A stretch of 64,000 nucleotides of DNA from Octopus vulgaris (taxonomy: Eukaryota). The stretch is from assembly GCA_951406725.2 (NCBI GenBank), contig OX597832.1, positions 54,684,001-54,748,000 of the forward strand. Reading direction: 5' to 3'. The notes beneath the pieces are model-generated. The model saw only the letters and a list, made by a program, of their open reading frames with translations. It ran no database searches and had not been told where the DNA came from. The translations under genes and the position numbers were made by a program. Of the stretch, positions 50,301 through 62,789 are shown in pieces; the first letter of the stretch is position 1, and every line of letters begins with the position of its first letter.

Positions 50301-51235
50301 CGCGTTAGCGCGCCGGGCGAAATGCTTAGCAGTATTTCATCTGCCGTTACGTTCTGAGTTCAAATTTCGCCGAGGTCGACTTTGCCTTTCATCCTTTCGG
50401 TGTCGATTAAATAAGTACCAATTAAGCACTGGGGTCGATATAATCAACTTAATCCCTTTCTCTGTCCTTGCTTATCCTCTCTGTGTTTAGCCTCTTGTGG
50501 GTAGTAAAGAAACAGGTATTTCTTCTGTCTTTACGTTCTGAATTCAAATTCCGCCGAGGTCGACTTTGCCTTTCATCCTTTCGGGGTCGATTAACTAAGT
50601 CCCAGTTACGCACTGGGGTCGATGTAATCGACTTAATACGTTTGTCTGTCCTTGTTTGTCCCCTCTGTGTTTAGCCCCTTGTGGGTAGTAAAGAAATAGG
50701 TATTTCGTCTGCCACTACGTTCTGAGTTCAAATTCCGCCGAGGTCGACTTTGCCTTTCATCCTTTCGGGGTCGATTAACTAAGTCCCAGTTACGCACTGG
50801 GGTCGATGTAATCGACTTAATACGTTTGTCTGTCCTTGTTTGTCCCCTCTGTGTTTAGCCCCTTGTGGGTAGTAAAGAAACAGGTATTTCTTCTGTCGTT
50901 ACGTTCTGAATTCAAATTCCGCCGAGGTCGACTTTGCCTTTCATCCTTTCGGGGTCGATTAAAAAAGTACCAGTTACGCACTGGGGTCGATGTAATCGAC
51001 TTAATACGTTTGTCTGTCCTTGTTTGTCCTCTCTGTGTTTAGCCCCTTGTGGGTAGTAAAGAAATAGGTATTTCGTCTGCCGCTACGTTCTGAGTTCAAA
51101 TTCCGCCGAGGTCGACTTTGCCTTTCATCCTTTCGGTGTCGATAAATTAAGTACCAGTTGCGTACTGGGGTCTATCTAATCGACGGGGCCCCGTCCACCA
51201 AAATTTATGCCTCGTGCCTTGAGTAGAAAGGATTA
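50300..51235 (+). mobile_element. SINE-A pentamer with a 368-bp higher-order period and the alternative tail on the last unit
   Basis: The variant junction CAGGTATTTCTTCTGTC recurs at 50513 and 50881. Confidence 0.93.
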
Positions 51236-52135
51236 TCACAGTGCAGAGCTGTACCGTCAACAGTAACAATTTACTGTTTTTATGTGGTCGGAGTCAGCAA
51301 GAACTTCGTATGTTCGCCATAAACGCAAGGTAATCTTGACGGTGCAAAACGAATCATTAATCCTTTGGCAAGCATTCAAGAATTATCAGCTAAAATCCAA
51401 ATGTGAATTTCCTCAAGCCAAAATGTTATTGTTATGTGGAATGCCATATATTTAGTTTGAATAATGGAGATAAAATAGCATACTTGAAATTGGAGCTTCC
51501 CAGAACAAGAAAGTTCATTGACTTTCGCAGGAAATCTAATCCGAGAAATTTAACATATCTACGTTATGTCTAAAGATTTAGGAAAGAATCGCTAAGCTGA
51601 AACTCTTAAGAGCTCAATGTCGAGCGATTGTTGCAAAAGGCTTCAGGCAATGAAGTAGCAACACTAAGACAACGAAGAATTTTCTAAGTCTTCATTCATT
51701 CTGCCAGAAATAGCAGTCAGTTCTTCCTTATATTTCACTTTAAGGTCTTAACGAAAAAAAGAATACATTAAATGACGTAGACTTAGGTACACTAAGCCTG
51801 AAGAATAAAATAAGATGGGATGGTCACGATTAGATTAGATTAGATTAGATTATGATCAATGGCTTGTTTTGAGTAAGGCTAAAGTGTGGTTGCGTAGCAA
51901 ATACTATCACACACACACATTCACACACACACACAAACACACACACACACACATTCACACACGCGCACACACACACACATTCACACACACACACATTCAC
52001 CTGCACTCACACACACAGGCACGCAAACACTCATGTGTGTACGCGTTTGTGTAATTCCGTACTGTCTAGGGACCGTGGACCCTTTTGGACGGTCAAGCGA
52101 TTTCACTGACATTTATCGCTGACCAAAATCACATT

Positions 52136-52385
52136 GTGGGGGCGCAATGGTCCAGTGGTCAGGGCAGCTGACTCGCGGTCGGACGATCGCGGTTTCGATT
52201 CCCAGACCGGGCGTTGTGTGTGTTTATTGAGCGAAAACACCTAAAAAATCTCTCACTCTTGCTTCCTGTTTCTTGAATAACGCTGCGATGGACTGGCGTC
52301 CCGTCCAGCTCGGGGGAACACATACGCCACAGAAACCTGGAAACCGGGCCCATGAGCCTGGCTAGGCTTGATAAGGGCGTATAAA
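52136..52385 (+). mobile_element. SINE-C with an internal deletion; TSD AAAATCACAT
   Basis: Head GGCGCAATGGTCCAGTGG..GGTTTCGATTCCC; matches the copy at 14701. Confidence 0.9.
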
Positions 52386-52529
52386 TAGTAAATAAAAATC
52401 ACATCACCCCCGCACACCTGAACTGGAACGCCGAACTGTTGTTGAAATGGTTACTACTCCTTTACGACTAAATGCACTGCTCTGAGTGGCTGTATGCAAA
52501 TGAGTTCATTACTGGTGTCCGGAACTCTG

Positions 52530-52618
52530 ATGGGAAAAAGAATTTCGCGTCCGGGAACCGAAACTACTGTCTTGCGATCAGGAGTGCAAGCCTGAACCAA
52601 CAGGCCACGCGTCTTCAT
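52530..52618 (-). mobile_element. Diverged tRNA-like SINE head (C/D type)
   Basis: Minus strand GAAGACGCGTGGCCTGTTGGTTCAGG...GTTTCGGTTCCCGG. Confidence 0.55.
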
Positions 52619-52625
52619 ATATATA

Positions 52626-52810
52626 GGTGTGGCTGTGTGGTAAGAAGTTTGCTTCCCAGCCACGTGGTTCCAGATTCAGTCCCCGGGACTTATTCTTTGT
52701 AAGCCCAGTACTTATTCTATCGGTCTCTTATTGCCGAACCGCTAAGTGACGGAGACGTAAACACACCAGCATCGGTTGTCAAGCAATACTAGGGGGACAA
52801 ACACAGACAC

Positions 52811-52892
<82 letters not shown>

Positions 52893-53054
52893 GACGGGCT
52901 TCTTTCAGTTTCCGTCTACCAAATCCACTCACAAGGCATTGGTCGGCCCGGGGCTATAGCAGAAGACACTTGCCCAAGATGCCACGCAGTGGGACTGAAC
53001 CCAGAACCATGTGGTTGGTAAACAAGCTACTTACCACACAGCCACTCCTGCGCC
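52626..53054. mobile_element. SINE-B head (plus, 52626-52682) fused to a 3'-truncated SINE-B (minus, 52683-53054)
   Basis: Junction GATTCAGTCCC|CGGGACTTATT. Confidence 0.85.
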
Positions 53055-53192
53055 TATTAATATTTTTATAATTTATATTTATATTTATTTTATTATAATT
53101 GCAAAACAACACCACGGAGGAATCGACGTATGCTTAAATAATAGCAAGCTACTTACCACACAGTCACTCCTGCGCCTATATATATATATATA

Positions 53193-53345
53193 TATATATA
53201 TAGGAGAGTTCACGAAAAAAAACAACAAAAGACGAAGACAGGTGGTGTACAAAACAAACAGATGTATTAGTATAACGCTCAGGAATAGAAAAAGTCTTTT
53301 ACGTTTCGAGCCTACGCTCTTCTACAGAAAGGGACACAGATATAA
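53193..53345 (-). mobile_element. (TA)n-anchored repeat with a hammerhead-like motif (53296-53331)
   Basis: Minus strand: CTTT CTGTAGA A GAGC-GTAG-GCTC GAAA CG TA AAAG. Confidence 0.68.
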
Positions 53346-53604
53346 ATGTTGTATGAGTATAAAGCCGTAATCTCTTTCTCTTACATATATGTGTATATGT
53401 CTGTGTGTGTGTGTATCTATGAGTGTGTGTCTTTGCATCGGTTTTTGTCCCCCGCCACATTTGACACACTTGTGTTTACGGCCCCGTAACCTCGTGATTC
53501 CGCATAACAGACCGATAGAATAAGTACCAGGTTTTAATAAAAGTGCTAAAAACTCTTCAAAGCGCGTAGCGATGCATTAAAATATTTATAAATTTCATCC
53601 ATGG

Positions 53605-53633
53605 ATTATTATTATTATTATTATTATTATTTT

Positions 53634-53702
<69 letters not shown>

Positions 53703-53806
53703 CAGCAGTAGTTGTAGTGGTGGTGGTGGTGGTGGTGGTGGTGGTGGTGGTGGTGGCGGCGGCGGTGGCGGTGGTGGTGGCGGTGGTGGTGGTGATGGTA
53801 GTGGTA

Positions 53807-53867
<61 letters not shown>

Positions 53868-53893
53868 CAGTTGTAGTAGTAGTAGTAGTAGTA
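53605..53893. repeat. Compound (TTA)/(TAG)/(GTG)/(GCG) triplet repeat
   Basis: Direct reading. Confidence 0.95.
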
Positions 53894-53998
53894 TATGCGG
53901 CCCCGAATTTTATCCTGCATGAGCTAAATTGAAACCAATTGACTGGTCCACTCGTGTCTGGCATGAATAGTGACAGTTATAGTAAGTAGAGACAACAG

Positions 53999-54053
<55 letters not shown>

Positions 54054-54747
54054 TAAATGAAAACACAAATTATAGAAAAGAGATTTATAATTAGCCGAAT
54101 GACAGAAATTAATTAAATGAATTAATAATGAAGGTATGAACTGTCGCTTAACTTGTCAAATATTTGTGTTCAATTCAAAAGGAAAAATTCTTTTCCTTGT
54201 CAAAAATGTTGACCTTTATAAAATGACATTAATTGAAGCAAACATCTCTCTTCGTTTCATTCTTTACGATTTTTGCTACAACAAATACGCCAGCTGGTTT
54301 TCATATCCTGCATTTTACTATTTTAGTTTTTTTTATATTCTTGTTGCATTTTTTTTTTTCTTGTCGAGTATTTTATAAGGACGTCTTTTTTTATTTATTT
54401 TTTTCTTGTTTGTTTGGAGAAGTGTTGTGTCCTAATTTTTCTAGTTTCTATGTTAACTCGGTACTCGACTGAGAGAGTCCCGTTGCCCCTGTGGACCCGA
54501 TAGACACCCGAACTAGTTTACTGGTTCAGTCGATGTTGTTCTAAAGAAAGATATGACTGCAACTCAACAAGTATTGATGGTGGAATCAATAAAATGCTCA
54601 ACACTACGCCGAGGAAATAGATGTCCCTTATGATATATCCACTGAAACGCTTTCGGGTTGACATTTAAGAATTAATACCAGCCTTCCCTCAAGCTTTACA
54701 TACATAATGCAATCTCTCAAAGTTCAAGGTTCTGGTAGGGTAATAAT

Positions 54748-55105
54748 CCCTTCTACAGTAGGCACAAAGCCTGAAATTTGGGGATGGAGGAATAATCCAT
54801 TACATAAAACTCAGTGTTCAACTGGTACTTATTCCATCGATCCCCGTGGCATGATAGGCAAAGTCGACCTCGGCAGAATTTGAACTCAGAACGTAAAGAG
54901 GACCAAATGCCGCTAAGCATTTTGTCCCGCGTGCAAAAGATTCTTTTCTACTCTAGGCACAAGGCCTGAAATTTCGGGGGAAGAGCCAGTCGATTACATC
55001 GACCCCAGTACGCAACTGAAACTTAATTTATCGACCCCCGAAAGGATGAAAGACAAAGTCGACTTCGGCGGAATTTGAACACAGAACGTAAAGTGGTTCA
55101 AATGC
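54748..55105 (-). mobile_element. Two SINE-A monomers with the alternative tail
   Basis: Family core on the minus strand. Confidence 0.85.
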
Positions 55106-55160
55106 CCGAGATCCTAGAAGTCCCACAGGCAGACAGACAGAACGGATTTTATATAAGAGA
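55105..55160 (-). mobile_element. Probable Helitron 5'-end fragment, head-to-head with the next element
   Basis: Minus strand A|TCTCTTATATAAAATCCGTTCTGTCTGTCTG has the same architecture as the 5' end at 55174. Confidence 0.5.
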
Positions 55161-55173
55161 TTATCGTAAGATA

Positions 55174-55529
55174 TCTTTATATATAAAAGTCAAGTTGTGT
55201 GTCTGTCTCCTACGATTTAGATTCCTAACTACTCCCAGATTTTGCGCTGCAGTTTAACCAAAACCGGGTATTTTATAGTCGTGATTCATATCGAGCCCTT
55301 CTGGGTATTAGCTAGCGTCTACGATGAGTCTACGATTTTAAAAAGAATTTACTATCATTGTTTTCCATTTTAATGCATTTTTTCGCTATTATATAAGGGA
55401 AGTAACTCTCTAAAAATGTCTACGATGAGTCAACGATTTAAAAAAAAATTTTTTGGGCTATAACTCTCTAAAAATGCTTATATAGTTATTTCCCTTACAA
55501 ACCCGAGCAACGCCGGGCGATACTGCTAG
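55174..55529 (+). mobile_element. Complete non-autonomous Helitron (356 bp)
   Basis: A|TCTTTATATATAAAAG 5' end; subterminal hairpin CCCG-AGCAACGC-CGGG; CTAG|T 3' end; inserted between A and T with no TSD; internal repeats TCTACGATGAGTC..CGATTT. Confidence 0.88.
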
Positions 55530-56247
55530 TTTATCTATATTTACCATTATTTATGTTTACATTCATTCAGCCCAAAAAGATAAAAAAAACAAACACACAC
55601 ACACAGAAAAAAATATAAGAATAAGAATAAATATAAGAAAATATAAGAAAACAATAGTACGACTGTATAAGGAATGTGACCGTGCATAGTCTACAGTTTT
55701 ACTTCGGACGTGATTTACTATCTTATCAATTTAATATTGCTTAAAGAAATACCACAAACTAGATTAATAGTTCATTATTGTTTCCTTTATCTTTATCTTC
55801 TTTCGTTCTTTATTTATCTGTAAATTACTATTAAACACATACAATATTATTTAAATGAATTCACTTGGTCTTTTCAGCTCTAAGTTATTCAGTCATTACA
55901 GCAAACTTGCGGGTGAGAGAAAATTTTTTGCAAAGAGCAAACAATCTAAGCTGAAAATATAAACGTGTCTCGAATGACCTTGCCGCTTGGTGTTTTTGTT
56001 TTTGTTTTGTTTCGTGTTTTTTTTTTTTCTATTTTTATTTTTATTTTTCTTTCTGTCATTTTTATTTTTATTTTTATTTATTTTTTCATTGATATGCCAA
56101 TGAATCTAGTCACGTAAACGAGATATTTACACTGCCGACATATTCGGCTGGATATTCCAGTCACAATCTCGACAAGTACTTCTGTACGTTGTAGCAAGTT
56201 TACCGTCCGTCTCGGCAGACATATTTTTGTGGTTTTCAAGCAAGAGA

Positions 56248-56263
56248 CAACAACAACAACAAC

Positions 56264-56306
<43 letters not shown>

Positions 56307-56317
56307 TAACAATGATG

Positions 56318-56378
<61 letters not shown>
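56248..56378. repeat. (CAA)/(TAA)n tract
   Basis: Direct reading. Confidence 0.95.
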
Positions 56379-56380
<2 letters not shown>

Positions 56381-56935
56381 GCCCTGATGCAGTACCAGGC
56401 AGTGGCTCTCATGGCTTCTGATCTTAACTGATTGGAAGTGTTATCATGTACATTGTTTTGTCTTGGTATAAAAGATGGGCTACAGCAAATATTCTGCTCA
56501 ATACCACAGATTTGCTTGTCAGTTGTTTGACCTTAACCAGTTGAGCATGTCCCTTAGTGGCTGACGATATGTGCATCTCTGATCATGAGCAGAAGTAGTG
56601 GGGGAGCATCATAGCCATGTGTTGAGAGGGATTCTTTGGGGTTTGAATAGTTCACCTTTGGAAACATGGGTGGTTCTTTCAACATCCTTAAACAACCCTT
56701 ATTCAGGGACCGTTTGAGCGGGATGGGCTACTCAACCTGAAGAAAATTCTAACTGGGCCCCACCCGCAAGGTCATGTGCTGTTTATCTTGATATGAGATC
56801 ACCATGTCGCGCACATATGGTTGTGATGCATGTGCCTGGTGTACCTTTATCAGACGGGTAGTCATGATGGGTATATTGGGCTTCGTATATTTTACCCCAG
56901 TGTCACTTTGATGGCATGAACTGCTCTCTCACTCA
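56379..56935 (+). mobile_element. Non-coding (TAA)n-targeted retroposon-like element, ~555 bp
   Basis: Bounded by (TAA)n on both sides; its last ~165 bp recur at 57247-57414 with the same 3' end CTCTCTCACTC(AAT)n. Confidence 0.7.
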
Positions 56936-56964
56936 ATAATAATAATAATAATAATAATAACAAA

Positions 56965-57153
56965 AACACCAGGACTTACAAACACATATAACATACAGAA
57001 AATTGCACTACTAGGCACTGCACACATCCTACGCAGAACACTTTCCATACAATAACCATCAGAGCATCACAGCAAATCACAGCACATACCCAAGGCACAC
57101 AGAGCTGCGCTCGGTAGTGAAGTGAAAGCACGCTATAAAAATAAAACTACTGA
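56965..57153 (+). mobile_element. Dong/R4 extreme 3' fragment (third family) within (TAA)n
   Basis: PGLTNTYNIQKIALLGTAHILRRTLSIQ* followed by a short UTR and (TAA)n. Confidence 0.85.
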
Positions 57154-57154
57154 A

Positions 57155-57235
<81 letters not shown>

Positions 57236-57246
57236 TAATAATAATA

Positions 57247-57414
57247 GTCATGCGCTTTTTATCTTGATATGAGATCACCATGCCGCGCACATATGGTTGT
57301 GATGCATGTATGTGCCTGGTGTACCCTTATCAGACGGGTAGTCATGACGGGTATACTGGGCTTCGTATATTTTACCCCAGCGTCACTTTGATGGCATGCA
57401 CTGCTCTCTCACTC
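57247..57414 (+). mobile_element. 5'-truncated copy of the 56379-56935 element
   Basis: Near-identical to ~56771-56935; flanked by (TAA)n. Confidence 0.85.
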
Positions 57415-57489
<75 letters not shown>

Positions 57490-57526
57490 AATAATAATAA
57501 AATATAATAATAAGATATATATTTAG

Positions 57527-57669
57527 GCGTTTGAGTGACTGTGTGGTAAGTAGCTTGCTTACGAACCACATGGTTCCGGGTTCAGTCCCACTACGTGGCA
57601 CCTTGGGCAAGTGACTTCTGTTATAGCCTCGGGCCGACCAACAGACGGAAAATGAAAGAAGCCCGTCGC

Positions 57670-57751
<82 letters not shown>

Positions 57752-58093
57752 ATGTACGTGTGTGTATGTCTGTGTGTCTGTGTTTGCCCCCCACCTCCAC
57801 CCCAACATCGCTTGACATCCGATGGTGGTGCATTTACGTTCCCGTAACCTAGCGGTTCGGTAAAAGAGACCGATAGAATGAGTACTAGGCTTACAAAGAA
57901 TAAGTCCTCGGGTAGTAAAGAAATAGGTATTTCGTCTGTCTTTACGTTTTGAGTTCAAATTCCTGCCGAGGTCAACTTTGCCTTTCATCCTTTCGGGGTC
58001 GATATTTTAAATACCAGTTGCATATTGGGGTCGATCTAATCGACTGGACCCCTCCTCAAAAATTTCGGGCTTTGTGCCCAGAGTAGAAAAGAT
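57527..58093 (+). mobile_element. SINE-B (57527-57908) fused at AATAAGTCCT to a SINE-A array junction and terminal unit (57910-58093)
   Basis: Junction AATAAGTCCT|CGGGTAGTAAAGAAATAGGTATTTCGTC. Confidence 0.87.
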
Positions 58094-58191
58094 GATTTCT
58101 TGGTGTTCGTTTCTGTTTTATTCCTTTTAATACATTGCTTCCAGTTCATTATTGTCCACAAGAAAGAACAATAAAATTGAAGTATCTGACA

Positions 58192-58246
58192 TTCTTGTTG
58201 CTGCTGTCCTGTTTGCTGTTGTTGTTGTTGTTGTTGTTGTTATTGT

Positions 58247-58278
<32 letters not shown>

Positions 58279-59054
58279 CTGTTGCTGCTTTTGCTGCTGT
58301 TGTTGCTGCTGTTGTTGTTGTAGTTGTAGTTGTTGCTGTTGTTGTTGTTGTTGTTATTGTTGTTGTTGTGGTGGTGGTGGTTGTGGTGGTGGTGGTCGTC
58401 GTCGTTGTCGTCGTAGTGGTGGTCGTGGTGGTGGTAGACGGTAGTGGCACCTGTAGCGGCGGTTTTGGTGGATGGTGGTGGTGGTGGTGGTGGTGGATGG
58501 TTGCGGTGGTGGTGGATGGTTGCGGTGGTGGTGGAGAGGTGGTAAGGCTGCGGATTTGGGGCGTAGGTTTGTCAGTCGGGTCGGCTTACCTTTCGCCGCT
58601 TCTTTCGGTTCTGCCGATCTTTCCTTAGGGATTTTCTTTCGTTTATTTTTTACTCTTCATCATCGGCTTTTCGGCCTCCACTCCACCTTTACGACCGTCG
58701 GCCACGCTGTTAGTTTCTGATGATGATGATGATGATGATCATAATCATCATCATCATCATCATGAGGAGTACGACGGACTCAGGCGTTTGTGTTTGTTGT
58801 TACCTTTGCTGATGATGTTGGTGATGCTGATGGTGAGGATGACGAGGATGATGGTGATAAATGGTGGTGGTGGTGTGGTGGTGGAGATGATGATAATAAT
58901 GAAAATAAGGATTATGATGATGATCGTGGTGGTGGTGGTGGGGTAGTGGTGGGGGTAGTGGTGGAGAAGATGATGGTGATGATGATGATGGTAGTGGTGA
59001 CGGTGGATTACGATGATGGATGGTGGTGGTGGTGGTGGTGATAGATACTGGATA

Positions 59055-59086
<32 letters not shown>

Positions 59087-59165
59087 AGTGATGATAATGG
59101 TGGTGGTGGTAGTGGTGATGGTGGTGATAGATAATGATGATGATGACAATGATGATGACGATGCT
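58192..59165. repeat. Mosaic of (GTT)/(GAT)/(GGT)/(GCT) triplet repeats with short unique islands
   Basis: Direct reading. Confidence 0.88.
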
Positions 59166-59532
59166 CTTGCTATTGTTTTTCGACTGGGTCTTCCTTTAAA
59201 ATCCATGAAGGCGGTTTAGATGCTGACAGATGCCCCCTCCTCCTCCTCATCTTCCTCAATTATGTTTTTAGCATCCACGATTGCTTACTGATGTATCATT
59301 GTTTTCGTCCTTGTTATTGTAAGACGGTTAGGGGGAACCGATTATTTGAGGGAAATTTCGCTGTTGTTTCTGGCTGTTTGAGTCACGACATTAACCCGCG
59401 TTGCTGGCAGCAAATACAGTGGTTGCTGCTGCTGATGGAAATGCAGCTGGCGCTGCTGCTGCTGTTGCCTTGCTGCTGTCGTTGCTGCCGTTGCTGCTCG
59501 TTCTTTCTTGTGGTTGTGGTGGTGAAAGAGAT

Positions 59533-60875
59533 GGTGAGCTGGTAGAAACTCTAGCACGCCGGGCGAAATGCTTAGCCGCATTTCGTCTGCTGTTATGTTC
59601 TGAGTTCAAATTCCGCCAAGGTCAACTTTGCCGTTCATCCTTTCGGGGTCGATTAAATAAGTACCAGTTACGCACTGGAGTCGATATAATCGACTTAATC
59701 CGTTTGTCTGTCCTTGTTTGTCCTCTCTTGTGTTTAGCCCCTTGTGGGTAGTAAAGTAATAGGTATTTCGTCTGCCACTACGTTCTGAGTTCAAATTCCG
59801 CCGAGGTCGACTTTGCCTTTCATCCTTTCGGGGTCGATTAAATAAGTACCAGTTACGCACTGGGGTCGATATAATCGACTTAATCCGTTTGTCTGTCCTT
59901 GTTTGTCCCCTCTGTGTTTAGCCCCTTGTGGGTAGTAAAGTAATAGGTATTTCGTCTGCCGCTACGTACTGAGTTCAAATTCCGCCCAGGTCGACTTTGC
60001 CTTTCATCCTTTCGGGGTCGATTAAATAAGTACCAGTTACGCACTGGGGTCGATATAATCGACTTAATCCGGTTGTCTTTCCTTGTTTGTCCCCTCTGTG
60101 TTTAGCCCCTTGTGGGTAGTAAAGAAATAGGTATTTCATCTGCCGTTACGTTCTGAGTTCAAATTCCGCCGAGGTCAACTTTGCCTTTCATCCTTTCGGG
60201 GTCGATTAAATAAGTACCAGTTACGCACTGGGGTCGATATAATCGACTTAATCCGTTTGTCTGTCCTTGTTTGTCCCCTCTGTGTTTAGCCCCTTGTGGG
60301 TAGTAAAGTAATAGGTATTTCGCCTGCCGTTACGTTCTGAGTTCAAATTCCGCCAAGGTCGACTTTGCCTTTCATCCTTTCGGGGTCAATTAAATAAGTA
60401 CCAGTTACGCACTGGGGTCGATATAATCGACTTAATCCGGTTGTCTTTCCTTGTTTGTCTTCTCTGTGTTTAGCCCCTTGTGGGTAGTAAAGAAATAGGT
60501 ATTTCATCTGCCGTTACGTTCTGAGTTCAAATTCCGCCGAGGTCGACTTTGCCTTTCATCCTTTCGGGGTCGATTAAATAAGTACCAGTTACGCACTGGG
60601 GTCGATATAATCGACTTAATCCGGTTGTCTTTCCTTGTTTGTCCTCTCTGTGTTTAGCCTCTTGTGGGTAGTAAAGAAATAGGTATTTCGTCTGCCGCTA
60701 CGTTCTGAGTTCAAATTCCGCCGAGGTCAACTTTGCCTTTCATCCTTTTGGATGAATAAGTATCAGTTAAATAAGTATCAGTTATGTACTGGAATCGATG
60801 TAATCTACTTAATTCCTTTGTCTGTCCTTGTTTGTCCCCTCTCTGTTTAGCCCCCTGTGGGCAATAAAGAAATAA
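59533..60875 (+). mobile_element. SINE-A heptamer, 184-bp period
   Basis: Junction AGGTATTTC at 59761, 59945, 60129, 60313, 60497 and 60681. Confidence 0.95.
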
Positions 60876-61513
60876 ATTTCGTTCTTGCACACCAAATCTC
60901 ATTCTTCCACGCCTCCTTCTCTTACCCCTCCTCCACCTCCTTCTCCTCCTTCTCCTCCTTCTCTTCCCTTCCATCTCTTTCCCTCTTCTTCTCTTCCTCA
61001 TTCTCTCCTCCTCCTCCTCCTACTCTCCTTCAACTTCCACCCTGTTCCTTTTCCTCCTCCTTTCGTTCATCGTGTCGGAGATCATGCCTCTAAAATGGCA
61101 GTACCTTACGTTACTAACGTCAAACCAGTGATTTCCGTAAGTTATCCATAGTGCCAAGACTGAAAGTCCTTACGGAACTGACCATCCAGTCGATTCGTTG
61201 CCAACTCCTAGGCCTCTACAAAATAAGGTGGGAAAGTTCCATTGGACGCATTGCACGACTGGTAGAAACCGAACCGAGCCTAAGGCTGAAGGCGTCCCGA
61301 GTAAAAAAAAAATAGAAATTCGGCGCCCTTACAAAAATAATTCTTTTTATGTAAATAGTTACAAAAAACAAAAACTGCATAACTTAGGCATAAAATCTTT
61401 TTATTACGATACAGAGATGAAAAAGAACAGTTGTTACAAAGTATTAGATTTTTAAAAAACCTTTCATTAATATAACTGTGAGAGAAATAAAGAGGAAGAG
61501 GAAGCGACAAAGA

Positions 61514-61560
61514 CACACACATACATACATACATACATACATATATACATACATACATAT

Positions 61561-61619
<59 letters not shown>

Positions 61620-61629
61620 CATATATACA

Positions 61630-61693
<64 letters not shown>
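61514..61693. repeat. (TACA)n/(TA)n microsatellite
   Basis: Direct reading. Confidence 0.95.
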
Positions 61694-61697
<4 letters not shown>

Positions 61698-61813
61698 CCT
61701 GCTCGCTTAGCCAGCGAGGTGGCGTCATTCGAAGGTTAAAACAATGCGAACGCATTGTGACCAGCGATGTGTAGCAACATCTGATGGTCTGGTCGGTCAC
61801 GTGATCACGTGAT
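61694..61813 (+). mobile_element. Isolated 3' tail of a SINE-C variant, ending in (CACGTGAT)n, set in (TA)n
   Basis: Reverse complement of 13700-13820. Confidence 0.82.
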
Positions 61814-62550
61814 ATATTTATATATATATATATATATATATGAAGAGAGAGAGAGGGGGAGTGTCTACATTGTTGATCATGATTCCAACGGTTTTGTTAA
61901 GAACACTGGGTAGAAGAAGATGGCTATATGGAAAGTTTTTAAAAAGTGACCATCTCTTGGAGCGAAAAGAATTTCACCCAAAAGAACAAATCCCGCAGAA
62001 TATACATTTCCCTAAAATAATTCTTGCTTGCCTTAAGCTCTGAAAATGTGTGTCGCTGTTGCTGTTTTTAAGACCATTTCCTACATCTTTCTCTTACGAC
62101 ATAGTTTTCCACTGACAGAATTGCTAAAGAAATTGTAGAATTTATCTTTCTTTGTATTAAGCAAGTTAGCAAGTCAGAGAACCTCCATAACAGAATGGAA
62201 TCAATGACAATACTGAGAAGTAATTTTATCGCCACTTCAACGTCGGTTCCAACGAAACAGCCATGTTGAAATGACGATAAATGATTCTTTCCTTTGTATT
62301 TTGTATTTTTGAATATCCCATATATACGGAGTGACACCTCGGACGACCACCCAATGAGCCGGTACCTTTCATTGACCCTGAGTAGAGGTCGGTGTCATTT
62401 TAAGGTATGTGCACGCTGGGCAGTTACCTGGGGACTTCACGTGTTTAGCGAGCGCAGTTCTAATCTATGCATGTTATGGCTTACTATCAACAAATAAGTA
62501 GAATTGGACCCTGTGCATTGACTTACCCGGGGACCCTATAATATTGCTAA

Positions 62551-62673
62551 ATCCTTTCGGGGTCGATTAAATAAGTACCAGTTACGCACTGGTGTCGATG
62601 TAATCGACTTAATCTCTTTGTCTGTCCTTGTTTGTCCCCTCTATGTTTAGCCCCCTGTGGGCAATAAAGAAAT
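62551..62673 (+). mobile_element. 5'-truncated SINE-A with TSD ATTGCTAAA
   Basis: Family 3' half; the duplication is on both flanks. Confidence 0.87.
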
Positions 62674-62789
62674 CAACATTGCTAAAATGGCCCTTGGAGA
62701 GGGTGTGAGTGCTTGACATCATTCCAGATGCTATACACCTAATCTTGGCCCTTGATTGTTCCATGAATGCGACTATAATTAATTATGAT

